Shown here piece by piece: positions 62,252 through 64,000 of a stretch of DNA of 64,000 nt. The translations under genes were made by a program, and so were the position numbers. The notes under the pieces were generated by a model. It was not told where the DNA came from. It ran no database searches and saw nothing but the letters and a program-made list of their open reading frames with translations. This stretch comes from Fistulifera solaris. Its lineage: Eukaryota. The stretch spans positions 434,001-498,000 of the forward strand of contig AP026154.1 in assembly GCA_030295235.1 (NCBI GenBank), read 5' to 3'. The number at the start of each line of letters is the position of its first letter. Positions within the stretch are counted from its first letter, which is position 1.

Positions 62252-63521
62252 CTAAGAGCTTGGAAATTTCACTCTTACTTCCTCTTCCGAAAGAAAACCA
62301 AGGTTTTGATTCATGCTACCATTGAACAGACGCCGTTCCCATGAGTTGATATCAAAGTACAGGTATTGAGAAGAGCCGTCGCGTTTGAACCACAGCTTGA
62401 GTTCGCCGTGGTATCGCCATTCTCGGGTGTAGAGTTCCTGGGCAGCGTAGGCTTGCAGAACATCTTTCGGCAGAGAATAAAAAATGTAGAACAACGTTTC
62501 CAGCTGAAATTTCGACAAATGTCCCGTTTTTAATGCCGGTGCTTGCATGTAATAGCAGGATGGCAACTGGTTTGTGTAGAAAGAGTGCCATAAGCAACCA
62601 GTTGATGCACCAACGAACAGACAAAATCAATTTTGAACGTACCTGAAAATGAGGTTCTTTTGCGGGTGCTCCATCGGACCAAGGTCCCGAAAAGGTAGAA
62701 TAGATCTGCTCTGTTGATCCTAAATTCAATCCCAGTAATGTCAAATCGGAGCCAAGTGCCAGTGCATTTCGATCCGCATCGGTCATTCGAATTACACCCA
62801 AAAGTCCCAAAAGACCATAATCACCACTCAGTGCACTACCCCCTGCTGCAACAGACGCCGCTGAGCCTATCGCTCCCGCGGAAGGAGCCGATCGGTTCAT
62901 AGGTGGATGTGGCGTTAATCCAGGTTGCTGAAGGCCTCGCAGGGCACCAAGTCCACCCAAACCAGTATTTCCGAGCAACCCCGAAGCTCCGTCTAGTTGC
63001 AAGCCGTCCATTTCCGGTTTATACATAGCCAGTCCACTGGATTGATTTCTCCCAATGGAAGATGGTAAGAGCGATCCATTGGAAGGTCCCACCACTCCGG
63101 AATTGGGTGCCGCACCCGTATTCAAGGCCGGAAAATCCTCCGACGCCATGTTGAAGTTTCCATTCCCCGTCATTGCTAGCCGGTATTTTCCTTGACCTTG
63201 CATCATCTGTTGGTGGGCCATTATTTGCTGTTGTTGTTGCTGCTGTTGCCGTAACGCCGCGAGCCCCGATCCACCCAGTGTCGGAAAATCACTCAAATCG
63301 AACGAAGTTGTCCCTCCCGTCAATTCATTCCCAAAATTCGTATTGTTGTTGTTGTTGTTGCTGTTGCTGTTATTATTGTTATTGAGTGATGAGAAACCAC
63401 CTTCCAGAAGATCGGACGGACCGCTGCTAAACATCCCCAAGTTCAAATAATCGGAGGTTCCTCCGGCGCTTCTTCCGTCTACAGAAGAAGCAGCGGAAGA
63501 GGCTGAACTGGTTGCCTCCAT
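62252..63521 (-). CDS. CNOT2: CCR4-NOT subunit NOT2
   Basis: DFPTL/EDFPAL, YGLLGLL, LALGSDLTLLGLNL and ETLFYIFYSLPKD..Q..AA.EL..REWRYH NOT-box. Intron ~62568-62642. Confidence 0.93.
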
Positions 63522-64000
63522 TGTTCAATTATTTCACTGAGAGTGCAAAAAGAAAGGGTTAGAAAAATCAATGATGTGTTTTGTGAAGAAATTATTTGTA
63601 ACAAATAACGAGATATCAATTGCTGCGCCATAAGATGCTTCAAGTTAAAACTGAGAAACGCTCCTACAAGTATCAGCTTTTCACAAATGAAAGCAAACAG
63701 GCCTATAATGATAAATCCTTCGTAAATTCATAATTGAAAGGAAGAAAAGGATGTTCGGCCTCGAAAGGAAATAAAGAGTACTGCAGACAACGTTTCGCGC
63801 TGGACCAGACGACAGCTCTTGTGAAAACACTATTTCTCCAATATTCTAGCACAGGAGCCCGTTCCGCCCGCTTCATCGCACCTTTTAATATGAACCGATC
63901 AAAGGATTTGAATAATTCTAGAAAAAAAAGACAAAAAAAGACGACACAATATTCATCATGATCGTCCTTACCTCTTCCAGCATTCGTTTTAGCACGGCGC

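Overview
Gene-dense eukaryotic nuclear DNA with short GT-AG introns and many bipartite (signal peptide + ASAF-like) plastid leaders, which points to a diatom or related ochrophyte (inference). About 35 protein-coding genes are supported. They include two tandem OSCA/TMEM63 channels, an FBPase-like protein, an alpha/beta hydrolase, a signal-peptide E2, COX6B, a mannitol-dehydrogenase-family enzyme, ROD/KNTC1 head-to-head with a LIN54/tesmin CXC gene, uL23m, MARCH6/DOA10, RPAC2, PHPT1, HACD, an LRR protein, a Rieske-like protein, VAMP7, SHMT and CNOT2. Many genes are broken by single-base indels in homopolymer runs, most likely assembly errors rather than pseudogenes. The most notable observations are: a plastid FBPase homolog with substituted catalytic/metal residues; a 332-bp hAT-type MITE with TIRs and an 8-bp TSD; a 523-bp identical tract shared by otherwise diverged OSCA paralogs; CHR-like TTTGAA motifs in the shared ROD/LIN54 promoter; a probable SELMA-type E2; and several other apparent pseudoenzymes. 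No rRNA, tRNA or CRISPR was seen. All calls come from reading the sequence and recalling family motifs; no searches were run.
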